This document shows, piece by piece, positions 17,951 through 28,173 of a stretch of 64,000 nucleotides of DNA. A program made the position numbers and the translations under genes. The notes beneath the pieces were generated by a model, which worked only from the letters and a program-made list of their open reading frames with translations, was not told the origin of the DNA and made no database searches. Origin of the DNA: a virus (Duplodnaviria > Caudoviricetes); the IMG/VR virus record IMGVR_UViG_3300031857_000149, positions 792 to 64,791 of that record; one strand, 5' to 3'. Positions within the stretch are counted from its first letter, which is position 1. Each line of letters opens with the position of its first letter.

Positions 17951-19141
17951 TCACTTATTAGAAAATTTACTGAGCAATGAAAGATAGCTCTCCATTCTTC
18001 CACTCACTTGTGGAGCCTCGGAGTAGTTTGCCTCTTCTGATAAATTCTCAGTAACATCTCTTTGAGCACTAGGTGCTTTAGTTGGGAAATAAGATTCCCT
18101 TAAAGTTACTAGTTTCTCACGATAGTTGTCTTCACTATCAAACTCAACATTTTCAGCAAGAGAAGCGAGTTTGTCCTTCTGAGAAAGTGCAAGACCCTCA
18201 GCGACGGTTGCAAAAATTACATCAGAAACTGACTCTGCTAATCTTCTATTAAGAGCAACATTCTTTTCGATTTGCTCGTTGAGTTTTCCTTCCATTTCAT
18301 CAAGTTTATCTACCATACTCTCAATTACATCATATCTATCTTCAGGGATTGTTACATAATGATCTTCAAAAAGACTCTTCATTCCTTGGAGGAATGATTC
18401 GGTCATTTCAGTCTTAAGACCGTGCTCGATAGCAATTGCATTTTCTGAAATCCATTCATCAGCAACATACTCAAGGTATGCATCAACTCTATCAACTAGA
18501 GATTCTTTAATTGCTTCGATTTCTTCTACAAGTGCTTGCTCGTATGAAGATTGGAGAGATTCTTTGATCTCTGCAACCTTTGCATTAATTGCTGTTTCAA
18601 AAATTACACGGGCTTTTTCTTGGAACTCTTCTGAGAGTTCTTCACCTTCTAGAAGAGCATTGACATCTTCTTCGATGTCATACTCTTCTTTCTTCATTTC
18701 GCCTTCTTCATCTTCATCTTTTTCATGACCTTTACCTTCCTTCTTTTCACCCTTTTCCTTTTTACCTTCTTTATGAGGAACTTCGACAGGCTCTTCGCCA
18801 TCCTTTTCCTCTTTACCATACTCTCCTTCGGAAAGGAGATCTTCGTCATCCAGTTCTTCCTCTTCCTTTACAGGTGAAGCCATAGACTTCATAGGTTCGG
18901 CTGGTTTTGCGCCCTTGGTAACAACATCTTTAACTTGAGAAAGAGTTGCTCCAGGTTCCTTAAGTTTTGCAGGACCCTCGGGATCATTTGTATAATTTTC
19001 GGGAGTTGGACCACCTAAATCTTCCCAATTACCAGTTTGACCAGCAGGAATACCCGTGGTTAATTTTGGCATTGGTTCTGCAGCGGCGGCTCCTTTGGTT
19101 ACTACGTTTTCCATTTCTTGTAAATTGCTACCAACGGACAT
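17951..19141 (-). CDS. gp22: prohead core scaffolding protein (T4 gp22-like)
   Basis: Acidic coiled coil, IFETA, YLEYV..EW..EN; lies between gp21 and gp23. Confidence 0.93.
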   Translation of the reverse strand: MSVGSNLQEMENVVTKGAAAAEPMPKLTTGIPAGQTGNWEDLGGPTPENYTNDPEGPAKLKEPGATLSQVKDVVTKGAKPAEPMKSMASPVKEEEELDDEDLLSEGEYGKEEKDGEEPVEVPHKEGKKEKGEKKEGKGHEKDEDEEGEMKKEEYDIEEDVNALLEGEELSEEFQEKARVIFETAINAKVAEIKESLQSSYEQALVEEIEAIKESLVDRVDAYLEYVADEWISENAIAIEHGLKTEMTESFLQGMKSLFEDHYVTIPEDRYDVIESMVDKLDEMEGKLNEQIEKNVALNRRLAESVSDVIFATVAEGLALSQKDKLASLAENVEFDSEDNYREKLVTLRESYFPTKAPSAQRDVTENLSEEANYSEAPQVSGRMESYLSLLSKFSNK

Positions 19142-19171
19142 TTGTTTTAGATCTGTGTTATAATCTATATT

Positions 19172-19179
19172 TATTTATA
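19172..19179 (-). promoter_or_regulatory. T4-type late promoter
   Basis: Exact TATAAATA upstream of gp22. Confidence 0.85.
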
Positions 19180-19181
19180 AA

Positions 19182-19832
19182 TTAAAGATTTGCTAAGAAA
19201 TCTTGAAATAATTGAATCTTATGTTCTTGTAAAGTACTTTCATCTACAAGAGTATTAATTCTGCGTTTTGTTTGCTCTGCGAGTCTTTCACGAAGAATTC
19301 CTCCTTCCCAAACCCACTCCTTACCTTCCATAATTCCCTGAACAAAAGCATCAGGTGCAGAAGGATCAGCAACAATGTCAGCAGCAGTTGCCAACATAAA
19401 GTCTTCACCAACAACTTTATGACCCTCATTGGTCATCTTAAGTGATCCAACACCACGGGAAGAAACGCCAAGGCAAACACCTTCACCGATAAGAGATTTT
19501 GCAATCTTACCCATTGGGGTTTCAAGAAGTTGTGCTTTACCTCTAAAGTTTGTTCCATTTTGTTCTAATGAAACAATTTTATGAGAAACACGGTCAAGAT
19601 TGACGGTAGGACCATCTGGGTGACCAAGTTCTCCAAGAGCACGACCCTTTGCAACGAAAGCTTCGTTATATCTCTTTACCTCGCGGGTAAGAGTTTCCAT
19701 AGGATACATTCTACCATTACGGTTGCAAATATCACCTTGAAGGAAAACTCCCTCAATATACATTTTCTTTTCGGAACCCTTACCTTCGGTGATAAACTTA
19801 ACTTGTGATACTTCTTCTGTGATGAGTTTCAT
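19182..19832 (-). CDS. gp21: prohead protease (T4 gp21-like)
   Basis: GELGHP, VSH, GVSSRGVGSL, DIVADPSAPDAFV. Confidence 0.97.
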   Translation of the reverse strand: MKLITEEVSQVKFITEGKGSEKKMYIEGVFLQGDICNRNGRMYPMETLTREVKRYNEAFVAKGRALGELGHPDGPTVNLDRVSHKIVSLEQNGTNFRGKAQLLETPMGKIAKSLIGEGVCLGVSSRGVGSLKMTNEGHKVVGEDFMLATAADIVADPSAPDAFVQGIMEGKEWVWEGGILRERLAEQTKRRINTLVDESTLQEHKIQLFQDFLANL

Positions 19833-19833
19833 T

Positions 19834-20100
19834 TTAGTTTGTGAATGCTACTTTATTTGCTTTAATTGCTGCTGATGTCCAAATAACATCGGATCCAAGT
19901 TTTTGTACAAATTCAACAGATGCTGCTGGCATTGCAAAATAATTTGTTGATGCTGCACCAACTAGGGTACTTACTCCAACAGTAACCACACCAGATTGAT
20001 TATTGTATAAACGAACACAAGTTGCGGAGTTAATGCTAGTAGCAGCTCCGGCATTAGTACCGGTATCTACTTGCGTTTCTATAATCTTTGTAACTGACAT
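19834..20100 (-). CDS. hypothetical protein, 88 aa, in the head cluster
   Basis: ATG ORF coupled to neighbours; beta-rich composition. Confidence 0.75.
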   Translation of the reverse strand: MSVTKIIETQVDTGTNAGAATSINSATCVRLYNNQSGVVTVGVSTLVGAASTNYFAMPAASVEFVQKLGSDVIWTSAAIKANKVAFTN

Positions 20101-20282
20101 TATTCTTCCCCCACCTCCGAGGATTCTGAACCAACTTCACCGTCACCAAAAAGAGAAGATGCAACATGTGGTCTGGCAGAATCAACTTTTTCTGCAGCTT
20201 TAGAATATAGTGTATTTTTAATGGCATCCGAAATATCTGCCGCAGCAGCATCGGTGGCAATCAAATCGATAATTTCTTCCAT
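20100..20282 (-). CDS. small acidic prohead-core-like protein (position of T4 gp67)
   Basis: 60-aa acidic ORF directly after the portal gene; function inferred from synteny only. Confidence 0.6.
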   Translation of the reverse strand: MEEIIDLIATDAAAADISDAIKNTLYSKAAEKVDSARPHVASSLFGDGEVGSESSEVGEE

Positions 20283-20307
20283 AAAATTTTATATGTTTAT
20301 ATTTTAT

Positions 20308-22008
20308 TTATATCTCTGCCTTCTTAAAGTCTTTCTCTGCTTTAACCTGTGTTGCCTGAGCATCTTGCTGCAAATCTGGTTCCTGTGGAATTTCTCCCAT
20401 ACCCATCATTTCTTCACCTTGACCACCTTCGGGTGGTAGAGGTTCTCCGGTTATTGGATCAACAGAACTTGGATCTGGAATTATACCATCTTTAATTTCT
20501 TTTTCAATTCTCTTATCAATTTCAACAATTTCTGAATCAGTTTGGCGAAGAACTTTTCTTCTGACATAATCTTGAGAAAAATACTTTCCAATATATGGTT
20601 CAATAGTTGATAGTAAAGTTAGTCTCTCAGTCATTAATTCAGATTCTTTAAGTTCTGCAAATTGATTATCATAAAGAAAATCGTATTGGATATGGTCACT
20701 AATTTTTTCCCAATCCTCTGCTGCAATAATATTTTTAAGAATTAATTGTGTTTTTAATAAATCCGTAAATAAATTACTGAATCTCTTTCTCAGTCTACCT
20801 ACAAATTTGGCAAATTTTAATTCATCTCTTAAAATTTCTGATGATCTGCCCAAATTAAATCCACCATCACTGGCAATTCTTGATTCTGGTACTCCTAAAG
20901 ATCTATATAATTTCTTTTGGAAATATTCAATATCAGAAAGTTCTCCCAGATTTTGACCACCAGGAAGAGTCGTGATTTCGGTTCCTCTGCCACCTTCTCT
21001 ACGAGGTAACCAGAAATCTTCCATCATTGACATAAACTTACGATCATCACGAACTTCACCAGTATTGGCATCGTATGCAAGTTTATTTCTGTAACGAGAC
21101 ATAACCTCTTTGAGGTATTGTTCTGCCTTTACTTTTGGAAGATTCCCAACATCAATATAAAAAATTCTACGTTCTGGTGCTCTAGACAATCTGTAAATTA
21201 CAAGAGAATCCTCAATCATTCTAAGTTGATTGAGTGATTTAATTGCCTTGTGTAGATACGATAGAACTGTACCCTTGTTACGATCAACTAGACCAGATGT
21301 GCAATATGCTACAGAATCTTTGGCAATTTTAATCGCTTTTTGATTACCTGACCCTGGACCAACTCCACTAAACGTCCCAACTGCAGTAGTTGGTTGGGGT
21401 GTGTACATAAAATATTCTTCTATCTCTGGATAGAACATTTTTTGAGATTCACTTAATTTTGGATTTTGTGATCTCAATAAATCTCTTCGATCTACCTTCT
21501 TCTCTTGCCTAACAAATCTCATTTTCATGGGATCGATATATCTTATATCTTGGATCCCATCATGAGGATTTTTAACATCTATAACTTTTAGATAATAAAG
21601 TCTACCATCAACATACCAATTTCTGAAAATTTCGTGGCACTTCTTATCGAAGTCCATCATTTCTTTGATTGATTTAAATTCTTCTCTAATTTTTTCTTTT
21701 AATTTATCACTTGCATTTAAATTACTGAGTTCAATTTCAACAGGGGAATCGTATAAATCACTTACAATAGCTTCATTCACAACGTCTTCAATGGCACCCT
21801 CGCATTCTGGGTGTAGTGACATTTCTCTGTAACGACGAATGAGATCAAACTCAGTTCTATATACGCCTTCAATATCTAAATATTGACCATAAAATCCACT
21901 GGCAATAAAATTATCAACCCCGTCCTCGTTATTTGGAGGGACGGGGGATACTAACTTTCTTTTTTCTTCACTATTATCATCAATTGAAAATCCAAAAAGT
22001 TTTGCCAT
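20308..22008 (-). CDS. gp20: portal protein (T4 gp20-like)
   Basis: YRLSRAPERRIFYIDVGNLPK, EDFWLPRREGGRGTEI. Confidence 0.98.
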   Translation of the reverse strand: MAKLFGFSIDDNSEEKRKLVSPVPPNNEDGVDNFIASGFYGQYLDIEGVYRTEFDLIRRYREMSLHPECEGAIEDVVNEAIVSDLYDSPVEIELSNLNASDKLKEKIREEFKSIKEMMDFDKKCHEIFRNWYVDGRLYYLKVIDVKNPHDGIQDIRYIDPMKMRFVRQEKKVDRRDLLRSQNPKLSESQKMFYPEIEEYFMYTPQPTTAVGTFSGVGPGSGNQKAIKIAKDSVAYCTSGLVDRNKGTVLSYLHKAIKSLNQLRMIEDSLVIYRLSRAPERRIFYIDVGNLPKVKAEQYLKEVMSRYRNKLAYDANTGEVRDDRKFMSMMEDFWLPRREGGRGTEITTLPGGQNLGELSDIEYFQKKLYRSLGVPESRIASDGGFNLGRSSEILRDELKFAKFVGRLRKRFSNLFTDLLKTQLILKNIIAAEDWEKISDHIQYDFLYDNQFAELKESELMTERLTLLSTIEPYIGKYFSQDYVRRKVLRQTDSEIVEIDKRIEKEIKDGIIPDPSSVDPITGEPLPPEGGQGEEMMGMGEIPQEPDLQQDAQATQVKAEKDFKKAEI

Positions 22009-22039
22009 ATTATAAATTTAAATCTTGATATAGTATTAT

Positions 22040-22633
22040 TTAGTTGATATTGTCGCCACCAGCATTTGCGCCGGTTCCCTTAACAGCTTCCCACCACTGA
22101 ACCTGCATTTCTACGGTAAATTCCTGGATAGTATCGCTGCTTTCATAGGAAAGATCGATAGGAGAAACATTGGTTGGGAATAAGTCATAAAAATGATATG
22201 CCCTTAGTGTAGATCCATCACGATCTAATTGGTAAACAAAAGCATCTGCTTGATAAGATACTGGGTTAGTTAAACCAGTGTTATCAGATAGACGATTAAT
22301 TTTATTCATCCAGGTTTCGAATGCCGAACGAATTACAAAATCAGTATCATTGATTACTGTAATTGTCCAACTATCAAAAGTTCTGTCTCCAGCAACTTTA
22401 ATAGTTCTTCCTCTAAAGGGAACGTCAATTGGTGCAATATTTGAACCTGGGAGAGCAGCCGTCTTGATTAGAAATCTTGACTTATCTAGAACTGCAGCAT
22501 CAACTGGAACTTCAGTTGGGAAAGAAAGAACAACTTCAAAGAGGTTAGGTCTAGCACCGCCTCCAGTTAACTTAGTTTTAAAATCCTGGATCTTTCTTAA
22601 TGGGGGTGGATTTAATTGATTTCTGGTTGCCAT
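22040..22633 (-). CDS. gp19: tail tube protein (T4 gp19-like)
   Basis: GGARPNLF, FRGR..KVAGDRTF..W. Confidence 0.96.
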   Translation of the reverse strand: MATRNQLNPPPLRKIQDFKTKLTGGGARPNLFEVVLSFPTEVPVDAAVLDKSRFLIKTAALPGSNIAPIDVPFRGRTIKVAGDRTFDSWTITVINDTDFVIRSAFETWMNKINRLSDNTGLTNPVSYQADAFVYQLDRDGSTLRAYHFYDLFPTNVSPIDLSYESSDTIQEFTVEMQVQWWEAVKGTGANAGGDNIN

Positions 22634-22654
22634 AGTTTTAAACCTCTAGGTTAA

Positions 22655-24820
22655 TTAAACGGTTCCGATAACTTCGTCAAACGAAACGCCAGTTCTAGTG
22701 GCGACAAATGTAAGACCAATAAAGTTAATCGATCTGGTTGGTTTAATATAGATATCAGCAATAAATTCATTATTATCAATAACAGATGCTGTGTTATTAG
22801 TTTCATCACAAATAACAACAAAATCAAAAATTCCTCTCTTAGATTGAATATCGCGGAGGAATGGTTCAACGATATTTACAAAGTTTGTTCTAGTAACTTC
22901 ATCGTTAAATTCAAATAGTTGATCTTTAGCTGCATTAGAAATTGCTTCTTCCAGGTAGATGAAGAGTCTACGAACATTAATTCTATCAAATGCTGATGCT
23001 TTTTCTAATGCAGTTTTATCACCAAATAGTACAAACCCAGATCCTGGTGAGAAGATAATTGGATTAATTCTATTCGAATAAAGTCTATCTCTTTGTGATT
23101 TTGTTGGATTGTATGCAAGTTTAACCGCATTTAATATTACACCTCTAGATGTCCCTGCAGGAGAATACCAGGGGAATGAATTGATGTCAGTTCTCACACA
23201 AGTTCCGGCAATGTCACCATTAAGCGGAACATATCTAAATGTATCTGAAAATCTATCGTACATATACTTATATCCAGAATCAAATACTGCATATGAAGAA
23301 GACTCCAATGCTGAATAGAATCCAATAAGATTCTCTGTAATTTGTGCTGGAGAACTAATGACACTAGAACCAGTTCCAGAGTCAACAATCATTGAACCTC
23401 TATAAGGAGAAACAAATGCAATGCTATTCTTTCTAGAAGATGCCACTGCAATTAATTTCTTAGCTAAAGATTGTGCCTGCTCCTTTGGATATGAAACCGA
23501 ACCCATTAGCAGAAAATCTACCTTAACATCTTCGGCACTTTCAAATATAGAATAACCTTCAGATAAATCCCCAATGTTTGAGGTTAAAGCTCCACTATCA
23601 GTAATAATTTCTCCACCATTATAATTTGCCCCAGACTGTAATACTAGATTTCTTGATCCTGCCGCTTGGAAAGTAGTGTTTTCTGCATTTTGATCCCATC
23701 CACCATCACCATCTAGGGTAAATGTTGATGGATTTGAATATCCAGTAGTTACAATTCCTGCTGGTGCCGAACCACCAAAAATATACTGGGAGTTGGATGC
23801 AAGATATCTTCTCCAATAGGAAGGACTTCCGAAAGAAAATTCAGCATTAGATGCCTTTGATAGTCCAAGATGCTTTTCTAGAATTGTTCCGGCATTGCCA
23901 CTTATCGATCCGTTGTCATCGATAACAACTACGTGAATTTCATCAAATCTAGATCCTCTATCTAGACCAAAATTAGTAGTTGATGGTCTATCTGCGATGT
24001 TATCCCAATCTAAAGTAATCTTTGATTGTGGTAATGTAATGCTTTGCTGTTCAAACCAGTCTTCGCTACCAGTATAAACTGTGGTTCCAAATGCTGCCGA
24101 CTGCCCACTGGTGTGGATTGAAACAAGTCCTGCGCCATCAAATGAGAATAAACCATTCTCTTGATATGCAACATTATTAACAGTTCCAGAAGCTGTAACG
24201 TGATGTAAGACTTTTACTTCAATTCTTGAGGTACTAACTCCGGTGACGATTCCCTCTAGATATCCGTCAACTATTGAGGTTGTTCCAATACCAGCAGAAG
24301 TTTTTCCTGCAACTGATTGTGTAATACCATATCCAACTTGGAATAGTGTATTTGCTATTCCGGTTAAAATTTGATCCGCTTTTGAATCAATAATGGCAAC
24401 TACTAAATTATTTGCCCAGGATCCTGGGTTTTTAGCGCAAAAAGTTACCCCAGGAATAGTGTTTTCTACATAACCCTTATCACCGTAGTCTTCTACACTA
24501 TTAATTACAATGCTAGTAGTTGTACCTACGGTTGCATTTTTTAAATTAACATCACCAGATCTAATAACTCTAAGAGAACCACCATATGATAAGAACGATG
24601 ATGCTACGAACCAACTTTCATAGTGCTTGTCATTTGTATGTGGAACACCGAAAACTTGAACTAAATCCTTTTCATTTTCAATTAATGTTGGTACATTAAT
24701 TGGTCCCTTTTCAAAGGGTGCAACTATCCCGGCAAATTTGTTGGTGGTTGATTCAATCCTACCGACTGTTAAATCAACCTCTCTTACTACAATTCCAGGA
24801 GATGCTAAATTTAGTGGCAT
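22655..24820 (-). CDS. gp18: tail sheath protein (T4 gp18-like)
   Basis: SPG..VREVDLT, PW.SPAG..RG, FDRINVRRLF. Confidence 0.97.
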   Translation of the reverse strand: MPLNLASPGIVVREVDLTVGRIESTTNKFAGIVAPFEKGPINVPTLIENEKDLVQVFGVPHTNDKHYESWFVASSFLSYGGSLRVIRSGDVNLKNATVGTTTSIVINSVEDYGDKGYVENTIPGVTFCAKNPGSWANNLVVAIIDSKADQILTGIANTLFQVGYGITQSVAGKTSAGIGTTSIVDGYLEGIVTGVSTSRIEVKVLHHVTASGTVNNVAYQENGLFSFDGAGLVSIHTSGQSAAFGTTVYTGSEDWFEQQSITLPQSKITLDWDNIADRPSTTNFGLDRGSRFDEIHVVVIDDNGSISGNAGTILEKHLGLSKASNAEFSFGSPSYWRRYLASNSQYIFGGSAPAGIVTTGYSNPSTFTLDGDGGWDQNAENTTFQAAGSRNLVLQSGANYNGGEIITDSGALTSNIGDLSEGYSIFESAEDVKVDFLLMGSVSYPKEQAQSLAKKLIAVASSRKNSIAFVSPYRGSMIVDSGTGSSVISSPAQITENLIGFYSALESSSYAVFDSGYKYMYDRFSDTFRYVPLNGDIAGTCVRTDINSFPWYSPAGTSRGVILNAVKLAYNPTKSQRDRLYSNRINPIIFSPGSGFVLFGDKTALEKASAFDRINVRRLFIYLEEAISNAAKDQLFEFNDEVTRTNFVNIVEPFLRDIQSKRGIFDFVVICDETNNTASVIDNNEFIADIYIKPTRSINFIGLTFVATRTGVSFDEVIGTV

Positions 24821-24857
24821 CTTATTCTCCTCGTTAAATCCAGAATTCTTCTAAAAG

Positions 24858-24865
24858 TATTTATA
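24858..24865 (-). promoter_or_regulatory. T4-type late promoter
   Basis: Exact TATAAATA upstream of gp18. Confidence 0.85.
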
Positions 24866-24892
24866 AATTACTTTACTTTGTGTAGTTAAACT

Positions 24893-26542
24893 CTAGAGAT
24901 AATCCCACATATAACTTTTATCACCATATTCATCAACATACCACCTATCACCGTCTTGGTCTATAAAGCTTGTTATATCGCTTACGCCATCAGAAATAAA
25001 TCCAAATGGTGACATATCTTGATCTATTTGATTTTTTTGTTCTTCATATATTCTTTTCCTAACATCATTATCAGTCATCTCCTTAAAATAATCCTGAGCT
25101 ACAATCCAGGAAAAGATAACCAAACACATTGCCAAGTCATCATTACATCCTTCCTCAGCTTCAAAGGAATTGTGTTTTTGTGCAAAAGTTGTTAATTCAC
25201 TGATGATATCATAATCACATAATAATAACTTATCATCTTCTAGTAGTGTTTTTAAGTTGGAGCATCCTAGTTTTTTTACTGCGGCAGTCATTCGAACGCC
25301 TAATTGAGATTTTTTACCACTAAATCCAGAACCAACAATTTGACCCGCACGTCCTCTCATAGCGCACATCAAAATATTATCATATTCCAAATCAAAATGA
25401 AGAATACTTGCAACTTGATCTCCAATATCATTAACTTCAATTAGCATCCACGCATCATTATATCCTCTTCCAACTTCATAAATTATGCTTGGAAAAAGCA
25501 TCGGTTTAATTTCATTATTTCTATATTTTGCGACAATTTTATATGGGAATTCTGTGATATCAAAAACGACAAAAGCAGAATAATCATTACCTAACCCGCG
25601 AGCAACGTCGACTGTTACCAGATAATTATGCTCTTCCTTCGGATGTTCATAAACATCAAGACCTGCATTTCTTTTTATTGGATCTTCATATACCAGATTT
25701 CTCAATTTTGATGCATTAATAAGAGTATTGACAGATCCAAGAAATTCGCATTCAAATTCTACTTTGAATTGTTGTTCATTGGTGTTGGCAATCGTCTGAG
25801 CCTTCCACTCCTCATCTCTACCAGGCACTTCTGACCAGTGGACATCTGTAGGCACATATTCGTTTTTACCACGCTCAGAATCGTGCCACATTCGGTAGAA
25901 GTGGTTCATACCCCTTGGGGTAGAAACAATAATTACCTTTGTGCTTTGACCTGATGAAATCGTTGGATATACCGAAGCAAAAAAGTCATCGGCAATATGA
26001 TTTGGGATGAATGCAAATTCGTCCAAGAATATAATGTTATAAGATCCACCACGAACTGCTGATGCTGATGTTGATGCTGCAATAATCTTAGAACCATTCT
26101 CTAATTCTAATGAACCTTTATTCCAAGATAGAATTCCTTGTTGCATCCATCTGGGTAAATTCTCATATGCTAGTTGTAATCTTTGTAGTAAATCTCTTGC
26201 GGTTGATGCCTTGTTAGCAAGAATTGCTATATTTACATTATCATTGAATACTGCATAATGTAAAAGATATGATACACAGGTAGTTGATTTACCTGTTTGA
26301 CGCGGCATTTTACAGATATTAAATCTATAGTCGTGGAAATTTTTAATCAACTTCTCTTGAAACGGATACATCCTAAATGGTTGCAATCCGTGATCAAGAG
26401 TAACAATCTTTATATAATTTCTGGCAAAGTAGACTGGATCATCCTTACATTTAAGAAACTCAAGAATTTGATCTTCAGTAAATTGGATTGGTGTATTTGC
26501 CTTTTTTAAATTGGGATTACCAAGATATATGCTATCAGACAT
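24893..26542 (-). CDS. gp17: terminase large subunit (T4 gp17-like)
   Basis: YLGNPNLK, PRQTGKST, FLDEFAF, STPRG, DVARG..DYS, DDL. Confidence 0.98.
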   Translation of the reverse strand: MSDSIYLGNPNLKKANTPIQFTEDQILEFLKCKDDPVYFARNYIKIVTLDHGLQPFRMYPFQEKLIKNFHDYRFNICKMPRQTGKSTTCVSYLLHYAVFNDNVNIAILANKASTARDLLQRLQLAYENLPRWMQQGILSWNKGSLELENGSKIIAASTSASAVRGGSYNIIFLDEFAFIPNHIADDFFASVYPTISSGQSTKVIIVSTPRGMNHFYRMWHDSERGKNEYVPTDVHWSEVPGRDEEWKAQTIANTNEQQFKVEFECEFLGSVNTLINASKLRNLVYEDPIKRNAGLDVYEHPKEEHNYLVTVDVARGLGNDYSAFVVFDITEFPYKIVAKYRNNEIKPMLFPSIIYEVGRGYNDAWMLIEVNDIGDQVASILHFDLEYDNILMCAMRGRAGQIVGSGFSGKKSQLGVRMTAAVKKLGCSNLKTLLEDDKLLLCDYDIISELTTFAQKHNSFEAEEGCNDDLAMCLVIFSWIVAQDYFKEMTDNDVRKRIYEEQKNQIDQDMSPFGFISDGVSDITSFIDQDGDRWYVDEYGDKSYMWDYL

Positions 26543-26547
26543 AAAAA

Positions 26548-27855
26548 TTACCTACTAATTTCTTCCCAGTCCATAGAAGCAACTGCGGTATTGCCATTAT
26601 TATTTGTGGCAACAACAAGAGTGAGTTCAAAGGGTGTTAATGTTAGTCCATTTCTTTCCAACTGAAACTTAAAGAGTGCTTCTTTGAGAATATCAATTTG
26701 AGTTGTTCCTTGATTTGAAGCACTAAAAAATCCACTTCCAAGTATTCTTCCACCAGCATAAGAAGTTCCAGTAATGTTATACTCCACAGCACTATCATCA
26801 CCAGCACTTACCCAAGTTCCTCCAGTAGTAGTTCCAGATGCTCTAATCTGCCAATTATAAGCACCTGTAGCAATTGGCATTACTGAAAGTGCCGTGAGAA
26901 TTACAATTGCATCCAAATAATTTGGCGATGCCTTAAGACGCAAACTAATGATAGGATAAAAAGTTCCTGCAGTTGTTAAAGTTCTTGGTGTGGTGATTGG
27001 TATTCCTGTTGCCTGCTGTATTCCGCGAAGTTCATAACCACCTTCAGAAACTACAGAAGAACAAACTTGTTTCATTGTGCTTGAACTTGTAGTAATTCCA
27101 GTATTAGTAATCTCATATCTTACTGGAAGTGATGCTGTCGTAATATAAGTCGATTCAATTATATTTGCGTGATGAAATGAATGACAATGAATAAACTTTC
27201 CATCAATTACAAAACCCATTCTTACTGTTCCAAGTCCTAACCATTCAATATCCATCCATAAGATTTGTGCTTTGGATAGATTTAAGGTAATACCAGAAAC
27301 ACCAGTTCCATCCAACTTATCAATATTCCAACTTGACTGAGCAACCTTTGTTTCAGACGCAGTTGATAAACTTCTTTCTACAAAATATGCAGTATTCCCA
27401 TCAACTTCAAAATACATTCCATTATCAGCACCAAAATATCCAACTCTTTGACGAAGATTTGTTTTTGGTGCATTCATCACAAATGTATTCAATACCAACA
27501 AAGATTTTCCTGGTTGATATGAGAATGTTTTTGTGGTTTCTCTAATTACAGAACAACCAGCAGTAGTTCCAATACCTATGCTAATCAAACCTTGTGTGGT
27601 TACAAATCCAACTGTAGAACCAGTTCCTACAACTAAACTACTCCAGAGATTATTGTCCCTATATCTGTGAGAACTATCAAAAAGTGTTAATGGATTTGAT
27701 ACTCTAGTTCTTCCAAATGCATCTGAATTTATGCTAACTGGAAACCTATTGAGTTCATCTACAACCTCACCATCTCTGGTTGCAATTAAAGGTACTTCAA
27801 AGAGACTTCTCTCTTGATTGAGAAAGTCTTGTGTATTCTTATTCCATTGTGCCAT
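26548..27855 (-). CDS. hypothetical protein, 435 aa, probably structural (beta-rich, T/S/G-rich)
   Basis: Long ORF; DAFGR.RVS.P.TLFDS, YQPGKS and WLG.G motifs; between gp16 and gp17. Confidence 0.75.
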   Translation of the reverse strand: MAQWNKNTQDFLNQERSLFEVPLIATRDGEVVDELNRFPVSINSDAFGRTRVSNPLTLFDSSHRYRDNNLWSSLVVGTGSTVGFVTTQGLISIGIGTTAGCSVIRETTKTFSYQPGKSLLVLNTFVMNAPKTNLRQRVGYFGADNGMYFEVDGNTAYFVERSLSTASETKVAQSSWNIDKLDGTGVSGITLNLSKAQILWMDIEWLGLGTVRMGFVIDGKFIHCHSFHHANIIESTYITTASLPVRYEITNTGITTSSSTMKQVCSSVVSEGGYELRGIQQATGIPITTPRTLTTAGTFYPIISLRLKASPNYLDAIVILTALSVMPIATGAYNWQIRASGTTTGGTWVSAGDDSAVEYNITGTSYAGGRILGSGFFSASNQGTTQIDILKEALFKFQLERNGLTLTPFELTLVVATNNNGNTAVASMDWEEISR

Positions 27856-27857
27856 AA

Positions 27858-28172
27858 TTAATCAGTCCAAGTTAATCTTTCTGGTTGGTATCTTTGTGAG
27901 TTCTTGATTTTTAAAGAACTAGTTATGTGTGGATAAATGTTATGAACAATCGCTCCAGGATATTCACCCTGAAGTTGTTCGGCAAGTTGATTTTTATCCA
28001 TCATCTTACCCTCAACTTCTAATCTATACAATCTCCCTTGCCACACTACATCGGCAATGAAAGATTCTCCAACTGCTTCTGGTTGATTATCTGAATCATT
28101 GATGTACAGATTGCCGTTAAAATCGCCGGCAATATTAATACTTTCTGAAATAAATTGCTTGAAGGATTTCAT
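27858..28172 (-). CDS. hypothetical protein, 104 aa, with MKSFKQFISE leader
   Basis: ATG at 28172 immediately after the stop of the upstream gene; leader resembles the T4 internal-protein capsid-targeting sequence. Confidence 0.75.
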   Translation of the reverse strand: MKSFKQFISESINIAGDFNGNLYINDSDNQPEAVGESFIADVVWQGRLYRLEVEGKMMDKNQLAEQLQGEYPGAIVHNIYPHITSSLKIKNSQRYQPERLTWTD

Positions 28173-28173
28173 T

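Noticed and set aside
8390-26542. Inteins or introns in gp46, uvsW, gp20, gp23, gp17
   Set aside because: All are uninterrupted, of normal length, with no splicing motifs
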